From: Hydrolagus colliei | Lineage: Eukaryota | Direction of reading: 5' to 3' | Assembly (NCBI GenBank): GCA_035084275.1 | Contig: CM068754.1 | Coordinates: forward strand, 13,640,001-13,704,000 | Length of the DNA stretch: 64,000 nt | Shown here: positions 52,322 through 64,000 of the stretch, one piece after another | How positions within the stretch are numbered: position 1 is the stretch's first letter | Layout of the letters: every line of letters starts with the position of its first letter | Made by a program: the position numbers and the translations under genes | The notes under the pieces: model-generated | Seen by the model: the letters and a program-made list of their open reading frames with translations, nothing else | The model's database searches: none | What the model was told of the DNA's origin: nothing

Positions 52322-52694
52322 TTGGTAGCTTAGTGGTTAGAACACTTGCCTTGCAGGCAAGAGGACCCATGTATGATTCCCAGGCAGGGAAAAACATTGG
52401 GCAAGTTTTCATTACTCCACGTGCCACTGTTTACTTAGCATTAAGTGGGAACCTGGTTGCCAGTCGATTGACGGATCGCTTTGCCGGGATAACAATCCCA
52501 TGACAAAAAAAAAAAAAAATTAATAATAATAATAATTTGGCAGCTGAATGCATGACTGTTTGTGGGACACCTTTGTGTGCAATTGGATGCCTTGATTTGC
52601 CCACAAAATATATAGTCAATTCACTTTACAGTACTATATATTCTATAGAGCAATTTGAGATGTCTAAATCAAATGCAAGGATTATTATTATTAT
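52322..52694 (+). mobile_element. SINE, long variant with an extra central domain
   Basis: Same head and tail as the short variant, plus gccactgtttacttagcattaagtgggaacctggttgccagtcgattgacggatcgctttgccgggat. Confidence 0.88.
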
Positions 52695-53159
52695 CCACCA
52701 AGTCTGGATGTGATCACAATCAAGCAACTACAGTTGCCTTGCAGTTGTGCTGGGTTTAGATATTTATTTTATAATTGGCCATTTTTTTTTACAATTCTTG
52801 TCGCCTTATTGCTGGTTAAAGCCACATTGCCACACCTTTTTCAGTTCCAAAAAAACAAATGTGTCTGTGGAATCTTTCATCATTTTAAGCATCAATAAAA
52901 CTAATTGCTAACACCTCCTTGCCCTGAAGCAACTTATTTTCTTATTACTAATGATATGTTAGAATAAAAGGAAAGCCTGTTTATACTCGTACATACTTTC
53001 CCCCTTTTATCTTTCTGTACTGTACATTACTTTTTAACTAGATTGTGCACAATTGATATGTTCTCTAGCCTTTACCAACTTCACTGTATAACTGGTCATG
53101 TGGAAGTGCTTTAGAAGCAGCCAAGATAGTGTTTCTTCTGTTCTTTCTCCTTGTTGCAG

Positions 53160-53241
53160 AGAAGCACATCCTCTATATTATTCCCTCCCGATATCGTTGT
53201 CATTCGGTAACTCTTTGTATGAGGAACCACATGAAAGCAGG
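53160..53241 (+). other. Weak candidate spliced exon (coding status unknown)
   Basis: Strong polypyrimidine acceptor gtttcttctgttctttctccttgttgcAG. Possible donors are gtaact (53207) or gtagtt (53242). Confidence 0.2.
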
Positions 53242-53354
53242 TAGTTAGAACGACAATAATATGTTGAGCATGGAGTTTGGCTGTCTTATAATCAAATGTG
53301 CAAAAGTAGACAGTTATTATTTGGTAATAGACGTGTTATATAGAGATGTACAAG

Positions 53355-53478
53355 AACAACAAACACCAAGAGAATTACATTTCTAGATTCACATCGGGAG
53401 GACGTACCAAGGCGCAGAACAATCAGGTCGGGACCCGAGCAGGGGACAGGGGACAGGGGCAGGGCAAGGGAGGTTGGA
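53355..53478 (-). mobile_element. L2 3' end fragment
   Basis: ttcacatcgggaggacgtaccaaggcgc...ggtcgggacccgagc is antisense of the 34966-35262 tail. Confidence 0.75.
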
Positions 53479-55008
53479 ATACAATGTAGAATACAATGTT
53501 AAAATATTTTGTCAGAAATAGAACATTGAAACTCTAACATACAGTGCCACAGAGTAAGTAGGACACAAGGCTGAGAATTTGTCTTTGATTGGAGACTGCG
53601 GATATTTATCTTGTGCTGCTTTGGAAGATACTGGTAACATATACCTTGCAGATCATCGAGGCCATTAGTAATTGGCCAAACTATTGCATAAATTGCCCAA
53701 ATTATGTTCTTGGAAAAATGTTTTTTGAAGACAAATTGGACCAAGAGAGACATCTGCTGGAGTAAAGCTCTGATAATGAATTATGATAAAGTGGTACTAC
53801 TTGATTGGATTAAGTGGATAATCAAGTGAAGCGTTTCTAAAATTCATTGTTATGTTGATATTAGAATCTTTGGGGCAAGGTTATCCCCAAAAAGAAATTC
53901 CTCGGATAGTAGGTTTTGTAACCAACAACATACAATGCTATGATTGGTGACCAAGTTCTCAGTTAAGAAAGGAACTATGTGTGGAAAGCAACCATTGTAA
54001 GCAACCATACTAATGCTTTCCATTATCATTAAAAATATATATTTTATTGATCTATTGAGGCACAACTTGAGGCTTCTGATTTAATGCTTGTTTGGAATTA
54101 GAAGCCTTGGCTGCCCTCCCAAAGAGAACGGTACTATACAAATGTAAGTTGTTGTTGTTCGGGTCTGATGGATTTTATAAAATACGCATTGCCTGTCATG
54201 CCTCTTCCAACTACCGACAACAAATGATTTCTGGATAATGATTGAATTATGCAATCTTCATGATATGGGGACCAAACAGGAGAAAAGGATGGAATTGATG
54301 AAACTTTCAGAGATCCAGCAATAATTTTCTATGGTCCTGATCGCTACAATGAATAGCCAAGGCAATGATTTCCCATAGTTTGGTCATGGGCATCCTTCCT
54401 ACATTTTAGAGCATGGAAAGCCACTTGACATTTTCTTCCATCCCTGACTATTTATGCCAGTCTCAATCAATGGCCAACCCACTTTTGAAGCTGTGTCTGG
54501 CTTATGCCTATCCTGGCTTAGCATATATTTCTCATTTACCAGCTGAGCATGAGCATCCTGAATAACAATAAGAACAACAACAGAATTACATTTATAGAGC
54601 ACCTTTCACATCGGGAGGACATCCCAAGGCACTTGGACTAATTACGGCACTAATTATAACCACAAAAAACATTGTCCACAATAGAATTATCTGAAATTGC
54701 CCTTGAGGTCAAGCAGCATCCGGCAGTCCATATTGAATATAAATTTTAGCTTGGAGCCAAGTTCCCAGAGAACTTAGGTCACGGTAAATTGATTATCGCT
54801 GAACCTATTTATAATTCAGATAAAATGCTTGACAAGTTCAACCAGAAGCTTTATTCCTTTTAGTTACATGATGGTTTCGTTTTATGATGGATTTTCCTCT
54901 TGTTGCATGGGTACAAAGCATCAAGATTGCAGATGACCTGTGGAAAATATGTGAGGTTGCTGCAACGATATTTTTCCCCTATCTCTTCCCTATTTTTATT
55001 TTCCTCAG

Positions 55009-55102
55009 AACGAGCTAAGGTCGTCACCTGGCCATCTTTTGATAGAGAAATACCTGCAAGTAGGAAGTTTTCTGGAATGGTCTCTAGAAAAGCCAATGAA
55101 AG
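55009..55102 (+). other. Candidate spliced exon (94 bp; NELRSSPGHLLIEKYLQVGSFLEWSLEKPMK or RAKVVTWPSFDREIPASRKFSGMVSRKANE)
   Basis: Long pyrimidine tract tttttcccctatctcttccctatttttattttcctcAG and donor AAG|GTATGT. Two frames are open. Confidence 0.35.
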
Positions 55103-56009
55103 GTATGTTCAAGTCTGAAATTTCCTTGCCCCATATCCTTCTATTTAAGGGTTCTTTCTTCTTTAACTGCATAATAGGATTTATATCAGTACCTGCTTCC
55201 CAAAGGTTTCAATCAAGCTTCATTTTGCACCATAGTGCTCGAGGAAACAAGTCAGATAGTCCTGAAGTGTGGATGGACTGAGCAAGAGACATTTTTTTTG
55301 CTTCTCAGACACTTATTTTGCATCTCAGAGATGACCATGAAAGATCACAGAGTACTATTAGCAAATGGTCCTGGTTATTTAGTTTAGTACCTGATGGTGC
55401 AATATAAGTAGTGTTCAATTGTAATCGGCTGCATTAAACTTTTTAGTGGCCCTTCAATGTTCCACTTCAAAACGTGATAGAAAACAGAAACTGATGCGGC
55501 TATTTAGTCCATACTGTTTTTGTAGGTGTAACTTTAAAAGACTTAAGTATTACTAAAATATTTCAGAGTGTAATGTTACAAAATAGGTGGAGTATGATGC
55601 AGAGCATTGTTGATAATGAAAATGTGTTTCATTCTTGGAACAATGAAAGAACTTCAGTATTGTACAGTTTACACCTTTTCTGTTCCCGGGGCTACCATTG
55701 TTTCAATAATGCATGAGCATTGGACATACAAATGTTAATCCAATGCATCAAAACTTTTATTTTTCCATCTTGCGCTTTCTAGTGCATTCTATTTATTCTG
55801 CCATAGCCCTGAGTGATTATAAAACGTCACGAATTGCTTCTGAAAATGTTTCCATCATTGACTTGCTGCTGCAGGAATTCATTAGAAATACTGGCACACA
55901 ATTGTTTTAATGAAGAGTGGTTAGGACTTCAGATATACTCTATTACAGATAGCCACGTTTAATTTTGCATCCTTGTCTTTTTTTTGTTTGGAAATAAAAG
56001 AAATGTAAG

Positions 56010-56366
56010 ACACTGCAGTGCACAATTGGCTGCCGCGTTTTGCCCACCAATTATATAGTCACTATGCTTTAGAGTATATTCTGTGAAGCACTGTGAAACA
56101 TCTCGAAGATGTGATGAGGCACTACATCAAATGCAAGGATTATTATTAGTATATTTACTCTACATGCCTAATAATAATAATCCGTAAAAAAAAAATTGGG
56201 GTCATTTCAATTCACCACTGTTTGTGGAACTGTGTGCAATTGGCAGCTGCGTTTCGCCCAGATCTATACAGTCAATTCACTTTACAGTATATTCTGTGAA
56301 GCGCTTTGAGAAACGTCAAGAAGATGTGAAAAGCACAATATCAAATGTAAGGATTATTATTATTAA
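56010..56366 (+). mobile_element. Two tandem 5'-truncated SINE copies
   Basis: First copy 56010-56150 and second 56155-56366, each ending aaggattattatt. Confidence 0.88.
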
Positions 56367-56719
56367 ATGTGAGTTTCACCATTTTTATGTGAAACTATGA
56401 CTGGTTTGGGCTTCAATAAACACAGCTGAATACATGAGCAGCAACTAACACAGCTGATTGTACCAGTGGGGGGAATGATGAAAGTTTCCAACGATAAATC
56501 TAAAATGTGACTATCACAGTTATTTTATAGTGTCAACATTGAGACCTGCTATTGAATATTTAACTTTCCTGCCAGCAGCCAAAAAAAACATCTTCAGGCA
56601 TCTCCTGGGGCAGAAGTTAAATGCAGGTCAGGTGTACAGACAATTCATACAGCACTGGCCACCAAAGGATGGGCATGGCATTGAAAATTGCGCCATTTTC
56701 ACATAGTAGAACAGTAATG

Positions 56720-56820
56720 GTAATAATAATACTTACATATAGTGCCTTATCACATCATTGAGACGTCTTGAAGCATTTCAGAGAATATACTGCAAAGTGA
56801 ATTGACTCTGTATTTTGTGT
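56720..56820 (-). mobile_element. SINE 3' fragment
   Basis: taataataat...gaatatactgcaaagtgaattgactctgtattttgtg. Confidence 0.8.
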
Positions 56821-56999
56821 AAAATAATAGTAATGCAGTACTAAAGCCCAGGTTGTCCTTAATATTTGCATGTCCAGCGAGGAAAATCCAAAATGATACA
56901 TACGTAGTAAAATGCCAAGGGCAGGGGAGACAGCTGAAAAATGATTTTGCTCGAGGGAACGCTATTGCTGCTCCAAACTATTCATGTACTTAAGACGAC

Positions 57000-57160
57000 T
57001 TAAGCAAATTTATGGTATTAAGTTATTGCACACAGATCATCCTGCCATGACTCTGGTTTGAGGAAGCTGTTTCCTACCATAACAGCAGTGAGTGTGCTAT
57101 GATTAGCTTCAACGTAGGTGTGTAAATACTGTAGTTATCAAGTGATGACGTGTTTGTTGG
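57000..57160 (+). mobile_element. LF-SINE-like element, 5' half (interrupted)
   Basis: tggtattaagttat...ctctggtttgaggaagctg...gcagtgagtgtgctatgattagcttcaacg...gttatcaagtga follows LF-SINE motif order from memory. Confidence 0.4.
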
Positions 57161-57161
57161 A

Positions 57162-58018
57162 TCATAATAATAATTCTTGCATTTGATATTACGCCTCATT
57201 GCGTCTTCAAGATGTCTCAAAAGCTTCATAGAATATACTGTAAAGTGAATTGACTGTATATTTTGTGGGTGAAACATGGCAGCCAATTGTGCATAGCAGT
57301 GTCCCATGATCAATAATAGATTGAGTAACCAAATTACAGTACCTGTATTATTATCTTTTTTTGAAGAAATGATTACCCTCGTAAAAGTGATCAGCCAATC
57401 GACTAATAACTGTGTTCCAACTTACTGCTAAGTAAACAGAGGTATTGCGAGTAGGAAAACTTGCGTGAAATTTTCACCCTGCCATGACTCAAGCCCAGGC
57501 TCTCTTCATCCAACACTTTGCTTTCCACATTCTCACCCCCCACCAAACTTCATACCCCCGATTACCCCATTCCTTTGCCAAACTCCACTGGCTCATTGTC
57601 ATAGAGCAGATCGACTTCAAGATCCTCACTCTTGTGTTTTAATCCCTCCACTCCTTGACACTCCCCTACCTCTCCAACCTCCTCTCTCCTCATAGCAGTA
57701 CCCACTGCCTCTGCTCCACTGCTCCTTATCCCCCGAATCATCGGCTCCTCCAACGGCTTCTGTGCTTTCAGCCACTATGCCCAGAAACCTTGGGACTCCC
57801 TCCCTCAACCCTTTCGCCTCACTCCCACCTTTGTCATTTTCAGGTCGCACCTGAAGACCTTTGTCTTCGACTGGGCTTAGAGTCACCTTCCCTCTCCCCC
57901 TGGCTCAGCTTTGGGCACTGCCATTGTGAGACACCACCTGGTGTGGTGGGCACTATATAAATGCAAATTGTTGTCGTCGCCATTGTTGCGAGGCGAGTGC
58001 TATAACCGCTGAGTTACT
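57162..58018 (-). mobile_element. SINE, long variant, split by an L2 insertion (57162-57505 and 57988-58018)
   Basis: Tail and body run to ...aagcccaggctctct. The head resumes as gcgaggcgagtgctataaccgctgagttac after the L2 tail. Confidence 0.85.
57510..57987 (+). mobile_element. L2 LINE 3' fragment inserted in the SINE head
   Basis: attaccccattcc...ctccactggctc...gatcgacttcaagatcctc (ITP..LHWL..IDFKIL) and ctgaagacctttgtcttcg, ending cactatataaatgcaaattgttgtcg. Confidence 0.9.
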
Positions 58019-58024
58019 CTACAA

Positions 58025-58180
58025 TCATCAGGATCAGGTTTAGTGCTGATGTTCCCAAGTACAGTACTAAGAATAGCCACTTAAGTAAGGTAATTGAAAT
58101 ATGCTTGTATCCATCGAACTATACCTCACAGGTAAATCACACTCCGCACAAGAGAAAGGCTGAGAGAAGGAAGAGAAAAC
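58025..58180 (+). mobile_element. LF-SINE-like element, 3' half
   Basis: caggatcaggttt...aagaatagccacttaagtaaggta...ccatcgaactatacctc...agagaaaggctgagagaa resembles the LF-SINE 3' region (AAGAATGGCCACTTGGGCGAGGTA) from memory. Confidence 0.55.
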
Positions 58181-59331
58181 AAAATACATGAATTCTATTC
58201 AGCCTTTCATGAGTGCACAGAATAGCAAATGTGTACGTGCATGTGCATGTAAGTGTTCGCAAATACATCACATGGCATTCATATCATTATGTTCAGCCGT
58301 CAAGTCAAGCAATTTATTTGTTTATTTGTCCAAGAACTGCAGTGGAATTTCAACATCCCCTTAAAGTATATTCTTAAAAGCATCAGTACTATTCCCTTTT
58401 TTTTTCTAAACTTCTTTTTGTTCTCATCGAGAGAGAGAAAAAAAAGGCTAAGTTCAGGAAAAAAACATGCAGTATCTTTTTCTACCCAACATCTGGATCA
58501 AACACTTCCCGGTCAAATACAGATCTGTGTGACAAAACTCCCACTGCACTACCCACATTGGACGATAAACCCAGGCTTTAAAGGACTGCCTTAACCACAA
58601 CAGTGTGACATTTGCACACTTTGATTTTATAGTTTAAACAGCTGCCAAGCTTCCTTTACAATGTCAGACAACATTCATTGTCAGACAACACTCCGAGATC
58701 TCATCGTCTGCCCTTTCGTACCATTAAATTTTTACTAGCAGTGAAACACCAGGTAGCAGATTATTGGGCATCAGTGTGCATGCTCAGAACACAGGACAGT
58801 ATAACTCAATCTCCATTGAATGCTCGCAAATCTACTCTCAAATGCTATCTGCTATATAACTGCAGTGTAAAATGGAAGCCCAGTCTTTTATTTTATTTTG
58901 AGCCTTGTGACTCAGGGAAACCAAATATGGGATTTTTTTTAAAAAAGATACAAAATATAGAATTATTCCAAATGCAGATCATTGCTGCAGCTTTGCAAAA
59001 AATTTTTTAAAAAGTGCTTCCTTTCTAGTCTGTGTGGATAAAGTAAATTGCCAGGAATTATATCATCATTTTGCAAAGGTAAGCATACTTCTGATTGAGT
59101 TGCAAACACAGCGCATCATTACTAGGTTAGTATGGGCATTAATGATTTAATTGGGGTATTGGAGTGATCATTGCAACGTCTAGAATTGCTGTGGTTAATC
59201 AATACTTCCATTTAATTAGCAAAATGGAATTTTTTGTCAACATTAGAGCAACCTTGCAGGGAACTAAATCTTTTGAAATTGCTAACAGCTTACAGCAACC
59301 TACTGGGAATCAGCTGTGTTCTTCTCTACAC

Positions 59332-59618
59332 CAGCGGTTCTCAACCAGAGGTACATGTACCCCAGGGGGTACAAAATTACTTCCAGGGGGTACAGGTGGC
59401 GGTACATTATTTAGCTCTCTTATTTAGCATTTTATAGCCTTCCAAATTGTATATTTAATTGTTTTGTATGTGCTAATTATATGGTTATATAAGAAAAGCT
59501 TGGTCATAAAATGCAAGTAGAATGAGAAGGGTAGTGTGTATGTTGTGGTTGGGTGGGGGTACACGATAATGTTGAAAATTAACAAGGATATATTACTGAA
59601 AAAGGTTGAGAACCACTG
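59332..59618. mobile_element. Non-autonomous hAT (Charlie-like) MITE, 287 bp
   Basis: TIRs cagcggttctcaacc / ggttgagaaccactg (one mismatch). Perfect 8-bp TSD ctctacac at 59324-59331 and 59619-59626. Confidence 0.95.
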
Positions 59619-59949
59619 CTCTACACCAAAAAATGGACTTGGCATTAAAACTAGTGATTTTTAAAAAATACATACGCAATCACAAATACATCTCCATGTA
59701 ATATCGGTATAGACACCATACTTTAGGTTGCAGAGCTCCCCCATGAGGACTTTTAGCAGACAGCCGAAGCCAGAATATCTTTCAGAAAACATAAATCATC
59801 ATAAAAACCACTACAATTTTTTTTTGAAAAAAACAACAACACAATAGACAAGATAAATTAGGCAAAATGGATTTCCTTTCTAATCTCAAATTGCAGTTGA
59901 CATTTAAATGACATGCCTTGATTTTCATTTGCAGACCATGACAAATTAG

Positions 59950-60110
59950 CAAAGGGGGCAAGGGATAGAAACAGAATGGTGCAGAGGGACATGTGTTAGT
60001 TAAGTATAAGGGCAGACAGAGGAATGGGGTATGAGTAGGTCAGAGAGGCAGGGAGGTGCTAAGATGTTAAGGAATTTGATTGTTTGTGTGAAGATCTTGA
60101 AGTCAATCCA
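59950..60110 (-). mobile_element. L2 ORF2 fragment
   Basis: Antisense translation IDFKIFTQTIKFLNILAPPCLSDLL. Confidence 0.7.
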
Positions 60111-60199
60111 AATCTACTGTTCTGTTTTTTTTCAATTAGTTTCATGCATGCTTATGTTCCTTGTTCTTTGAATGCAGTTTGAATTAAATGACTTGTGTC

Positions 60200-60705
60200 T
60201 CTACATTATCCATGACCCTGAACAACTCGACAGTCATGGATCATTTCCTTTCCCAATCTTTACTTCAGTGAAAATAAATTTCAGTTGCAAGAGTGTCCCC
60301 CATATTTCAGAGCTACGTCCAGAAATCATCCTCATTACTCTTCTTTGAACATATTTGCAATATGTCAATGTCCTTTTGAAGGTCAGGCTTCCTAAACTGC
60401 ACACAATAATCCTAAATGCATTCTTATTGATGAATTATACAAGACTAAAATAACCTGTTTAAATGTATAATTAAATGTCCTCAAGATGCATTCCATCACT
60501 GATTAGCCTCGTTAATAACAGCTTTACGGTGATTAGATGCTTTCTCCTTTCAGTGGATGATACTTATTACACCTAGATAGTTTTCCTGTTTCATCTTTGC
60601 AACTGGGGACCCATTAATTGTGCACACAATTCATGTTCCAAGCTACATCGCCTTACCTTTCGTTACATCAAAATCCTTATGTCATTCTTCAGCCCATTGA
60701 TTCAA
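60200..60705 (-). mobile_element. Degraded CR1 ORF2 fragment
   Basis: Antisense remnants of WAEEW...F.V.K, LGVII and ILVLYNSSIRMHL..CVQF. Confidence 0.7.
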
Positions 60706-62142
60706 TGCAGCCATATTCCTTATCCATAAGGCATTCATCATCAATCTACTTGTCACCAAGTTAGGAGGGGAAAAAAATCAATTAAAAAGTGCTAATAAAG
60801 AGAGTAAAAATAGTGACTAAAACTCTGAACACTCTCCACCATCATTATTTTTATATAGAGAACAGCAAACGGAAGGATAATATGTTAATTGGCAGATTCT
60901 TCCTGCAAGGAAGTGCATTGTTAGTGATTCTAAGTATAATAAAAGATGCCTAGGGCATACTTTGAGATATGACAAGCAGTGTTTGAAGAAGTATGAATAT
61001 TTCAGTTAGACACATTTTCATTACTTCCCTAAATTTTGCATAGTGTTACTTACAAGAGGAATCTTTACAGACAATTGGGTAGAACACAATTGCAATGAAC
61101 ACAATTGGTTTGCGGGTATCACATTTTCAGGTGGCTGTCAAAAGTTGTTTACCAAACACCCTGAAACAATAGCAACATTTATTGGCACTGTAAAATAAAC
61201 TGACATGGAATTATTTGTAGTCTCGGAGGTTACAGGAGATTAAGTGAAATACCCAAAGACTTATTAAATGCATAAGAGTTATTTTAGAATAATAAGTGGA
61301 GCAGCATAAATCTATGGTTAGTTTTTTCTTGTGCACTGTACAGTACAGTACTGTATTTACAAGCCTGTTCGATTTTAGAGCAGTTGGCTACCTATTAGCT
61401 CCATCAAGAGGCAATGCCAGAGATTACATCTTCTCTGTTAATGTTTTTACCTTTTAAAAAGCCATGCACTAACAACGCACATTTTAAGCACATTAGAAAT
61501 GCTAATGTGAGGTATTATTCTTTTAAAACAGCTGTCCAGTTTTCATTTCATATTATTTATTTTCAGAAAGACATGCGATTAACTACAAGATTAATGAAGG
61601 CAATTAAGATCCTCTGTTTACATACACTGAGATTTGATGCTCGAGTCCTTCTGATAGTCAATATCGAACATATGTTGAGATTTATCAGTCAACTAAACTG
61701 TTATGGTGTGGATCTTTCCTCTCGTGAACATGTAGTGCAACTTGTTGAACAGTAATTTGTGGTAAGAGACTAACTACGGTAAAGGACAAAATGGCAATGA
61801 AAACAAATGAACTCATTGCAGGTTGAAGAAGCTGAGAATTATTTTTGGAAATCAAAATTAAAAAAGCCTATTTTGACTGCAACCAGGAGAATTAAATACC
61901 CACACCATGTAAGTTAGCATCATGAAGAGAAAAGTAGTGTCATGTTTAAGGTGTGATTCTTCATCGGAACCCACTTCTGAAACGCTAACCTATTTTCTCC
62001 TCTTTTTGATTTAGGATATTACTTTGTCAGAATATATGTAAATTCCAATGCAAGATGAACCTATAATGGGTCATATGCTAATCAGTAAAACAAAATCCTT
62101 TAATTACAGCTTTCATAATGGATGCAACTAAGTTTTCCAATA

Positions 62143-62460
62143 GATAATAATAATCCTTACATTTTGATACATCCTTTTCACATCCTCTAGATGCCTCAAA
62201 GTGAGTCACAGAATATACTGTAAAGTGAATGGATTGTATATTTTGTGGGCAAAAACGTGGCAGCCAATTGGGCACAGCAGTGGCCCATAAACGTGGATTG
62301 AAATGACCAAATTTATTATTGGTTTTTTTGGGGGGCAGGGATTATTATTAGGCGTGTGGCGTAAGGAAACTTGCCCAAGGTTTCACCCTGACCTGCCTGA
62401 ATTCGAAACACAGGTCTCACACCTGTAAGGCGAGTGCTCTAACCACTGAGCTACAAGACT
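62143..62460 (-). mobile_element. Full-length SINE, short variant
   Basis: Complete head (gtagctcagtggttagagcactcgccttacagg...ttcgaattcaggc) through to the (ATT)n tail. Confidence 0.93.
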
Positions 62461-62464
62461 CCAC

Positions 62465-62815
62465 AATAATAATCCTTGCATTTGGTATAGCATTCGTATC
62501 AAGTGTTCGAGATGTCCCAACGTGCGTCACAGAATATGCTGTGAAGTGACTTGACTGTATATTTGTGTGCAAACTGAGGCAGCCAATTACACCAAGCAGT
62601 GTCCCATAAAGTCGTAGACTTAAGGACCAATTTATTTTATTATTATACCCAAAAAGCTAACCACCAATCTACTAACAACAAGTTCCTACTTACTGCTGGG
62701 TAAGCAATGGCAAGTGGAATGTGGAAACTTGCCCAATGTTTTGCTTGCTGGGAATCAAAACCAGGGTCCTCGCAAGGCGAATGCTCTATGCTCCAACAAC
62801 CAAGCTACAGCACTC
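62465..62815 (-). mobile_element. Older SINE, long variant, in tandem with 62143-62460
   Basis: Contains the extra domain gccattgcttacccagcagtaagtaggaacttgttgttagtagattgg (reverse complement) and is more diverged. Confidence 0.85.
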
Positions 62816-63434
62816 CATACTCATATTGTCACTAAACTGGCCATCAAATTGTCAAATTGATGGTCAGTCATGGTGAGAGCAGAATGTAAAAATAGTGAGT
62901 CTCTACTTATACTGGTTCATGCTTTGAGTTGTAAGAAGTGTGGAGGAAGCCAGACTAAGTGCTCCAATCGATGCACCAGGATTGGACAAATGTAGGTGGA
63001 AAGTATTGAGAAAACAGTGATTGATTGAAGCCTTAGGTCAGAATAGATTTTTTAAATAAGTAAAATGACTCAGGCAATCCATGTAGTGCTTATCTGAGGA
63101 TTTCTACATATTCCGGTAGCTAACAATTCACTGTTTGTGTCATGCACAGATATTGCATGTGCATGACATGATTGAAATCATGATTGAAATATTTCAATAA
63201 TATTAAATCTTCCTAACTGCCAACGTGTTGCTCTTCTTGAAATATGGTGCTAAATAAACAAAGGCATACATATGTACGTACACTGCATTTCAGGAGATTA
63301 CCCAGAGATTTCCAGTAGAATCACATTAGCTCCTAATTCCATCTCAGACTAGATTAATCTATTTTGAAGTTGCAGGAGGAATTCACTAAACACTAGTCAT
63401 AGTTTGAGAAAAAAAACTTCATAAGGGACATTCA

Positions 63435-63562
63435 AACTGCTCTGACAAAAAGTCATCAACCTGAAACATTAATTCACTTTCCTCTCTCTCCAAAGGTGAC
63501 CTGCTGTGTGTTTCCAGTGACTTCTGTTTTTCTATCAAATTTCCAGCATCTGCAGTATTTGG
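63435..63562 (+). mobile_element. Penelope-associated shark-type repeat with a decayed hammerhead core
   Basis: ctgacaaaaagtcatcaacctgaaacattaa...tctctctcca...gacctgctgtgtgtttccag...ttctgttttt...tttccagcatctgcagtattt matches, from memory, a very common chondrichthyan repeat. Confidence 0.65.
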
Positions 63563-63899
63563 GGGATTACATTTTTTCTCACCTGAAATATGATCTGAAT
63601 TATTCTCGTCTTGAACTGAATTTATTTTTTCCACAGAGATGAAACTTTCATATGAAGAGATTTGACTTTCATGAAGTCCCCACCTCACTTATTTAATTCT
63701 ACAAGAAATGAATAAGTGATGAAAACAGCACTGGTCTGCTCATAATACAGCATTTGCTGGATCAAACTTCAAGGTTCTGACTTAATAACTATAGTTGGAG
63801 AAAAGTGAGTCCTTTCTAGCTTCTAATGTTTGGTGAAAATAATTTGTGTTATTTCTTCAAACATATCCACCACTGAGTAACTATGGAGACCAGGCATAC

Positions 63900-64000
63900 A
63901 AATCAACTGTTTGTGAGACATTGCTGTCCACAATTGGCTGCTGAATCTCATCCTCAAGATATAGTCAGTTTACTTAACAGAATATTCTGTAAAGCACTGT
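63900..64000 (+). mobile_element. SINE 3' part running off the window end
   Basis: ctgtttgtgagacattgctgtccacaattggctgctg...aatattctgtaaagcac. Confidence 0.8.

Noticed and set aside
1-64000. CRISPR arrays, operons or prokaryotic defence systems
   Set aside because: The sequence is eukaryotic repeat-rich DNA with no regularly spaced repeats and no long ORFs.

Overview
AT-rich, CpG-depleted vertebrate genomic DNA. The repeat families suggest a cartilaginous fish, possibly a chimaera; that assignment is inference from remembered repeat consensus sequences. No complete protein-coding gene, rRNA, true tRNA or CRISPR array is visible, and nearly all listed ORFs are spurious or transposon-derived. 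The window looks like a large intron or gene desert. It holds about 20 copies or fragments of a tRNA(Ala)-headed SINE with a Deu-like 3' part and an (ATT)n tail, in a short and a long variant. It also holds older DeuSINE-like and LF-SINE-like relics, many L2 and CR1 3' fragments, and an internally deleted Gypsy LTR retrotransposon (21.4-23.1 kb). An RTE-like LINE relic is bracketed by a 19-bp direct repeat, and two MITEs have clean ends (Tigger/pogo-like with TA TSD; hAT-Charlie-like with 8-bp TSD). The best gene signal is a 222-bp in-frame minus-strand exon candidate (17641-17862) of unknown identity, with a few weaker exon candidates elsewhere. Other points of interest are Penelope-type hammerhead-ribozyme-like motifs, a close inverted SINE pair, a triple-nested insertion and several palindromes in unique DNA. 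I found no convincing novel multi-gene system. Repeat boundaries are approximate unless a TSD or TIR is quoted.
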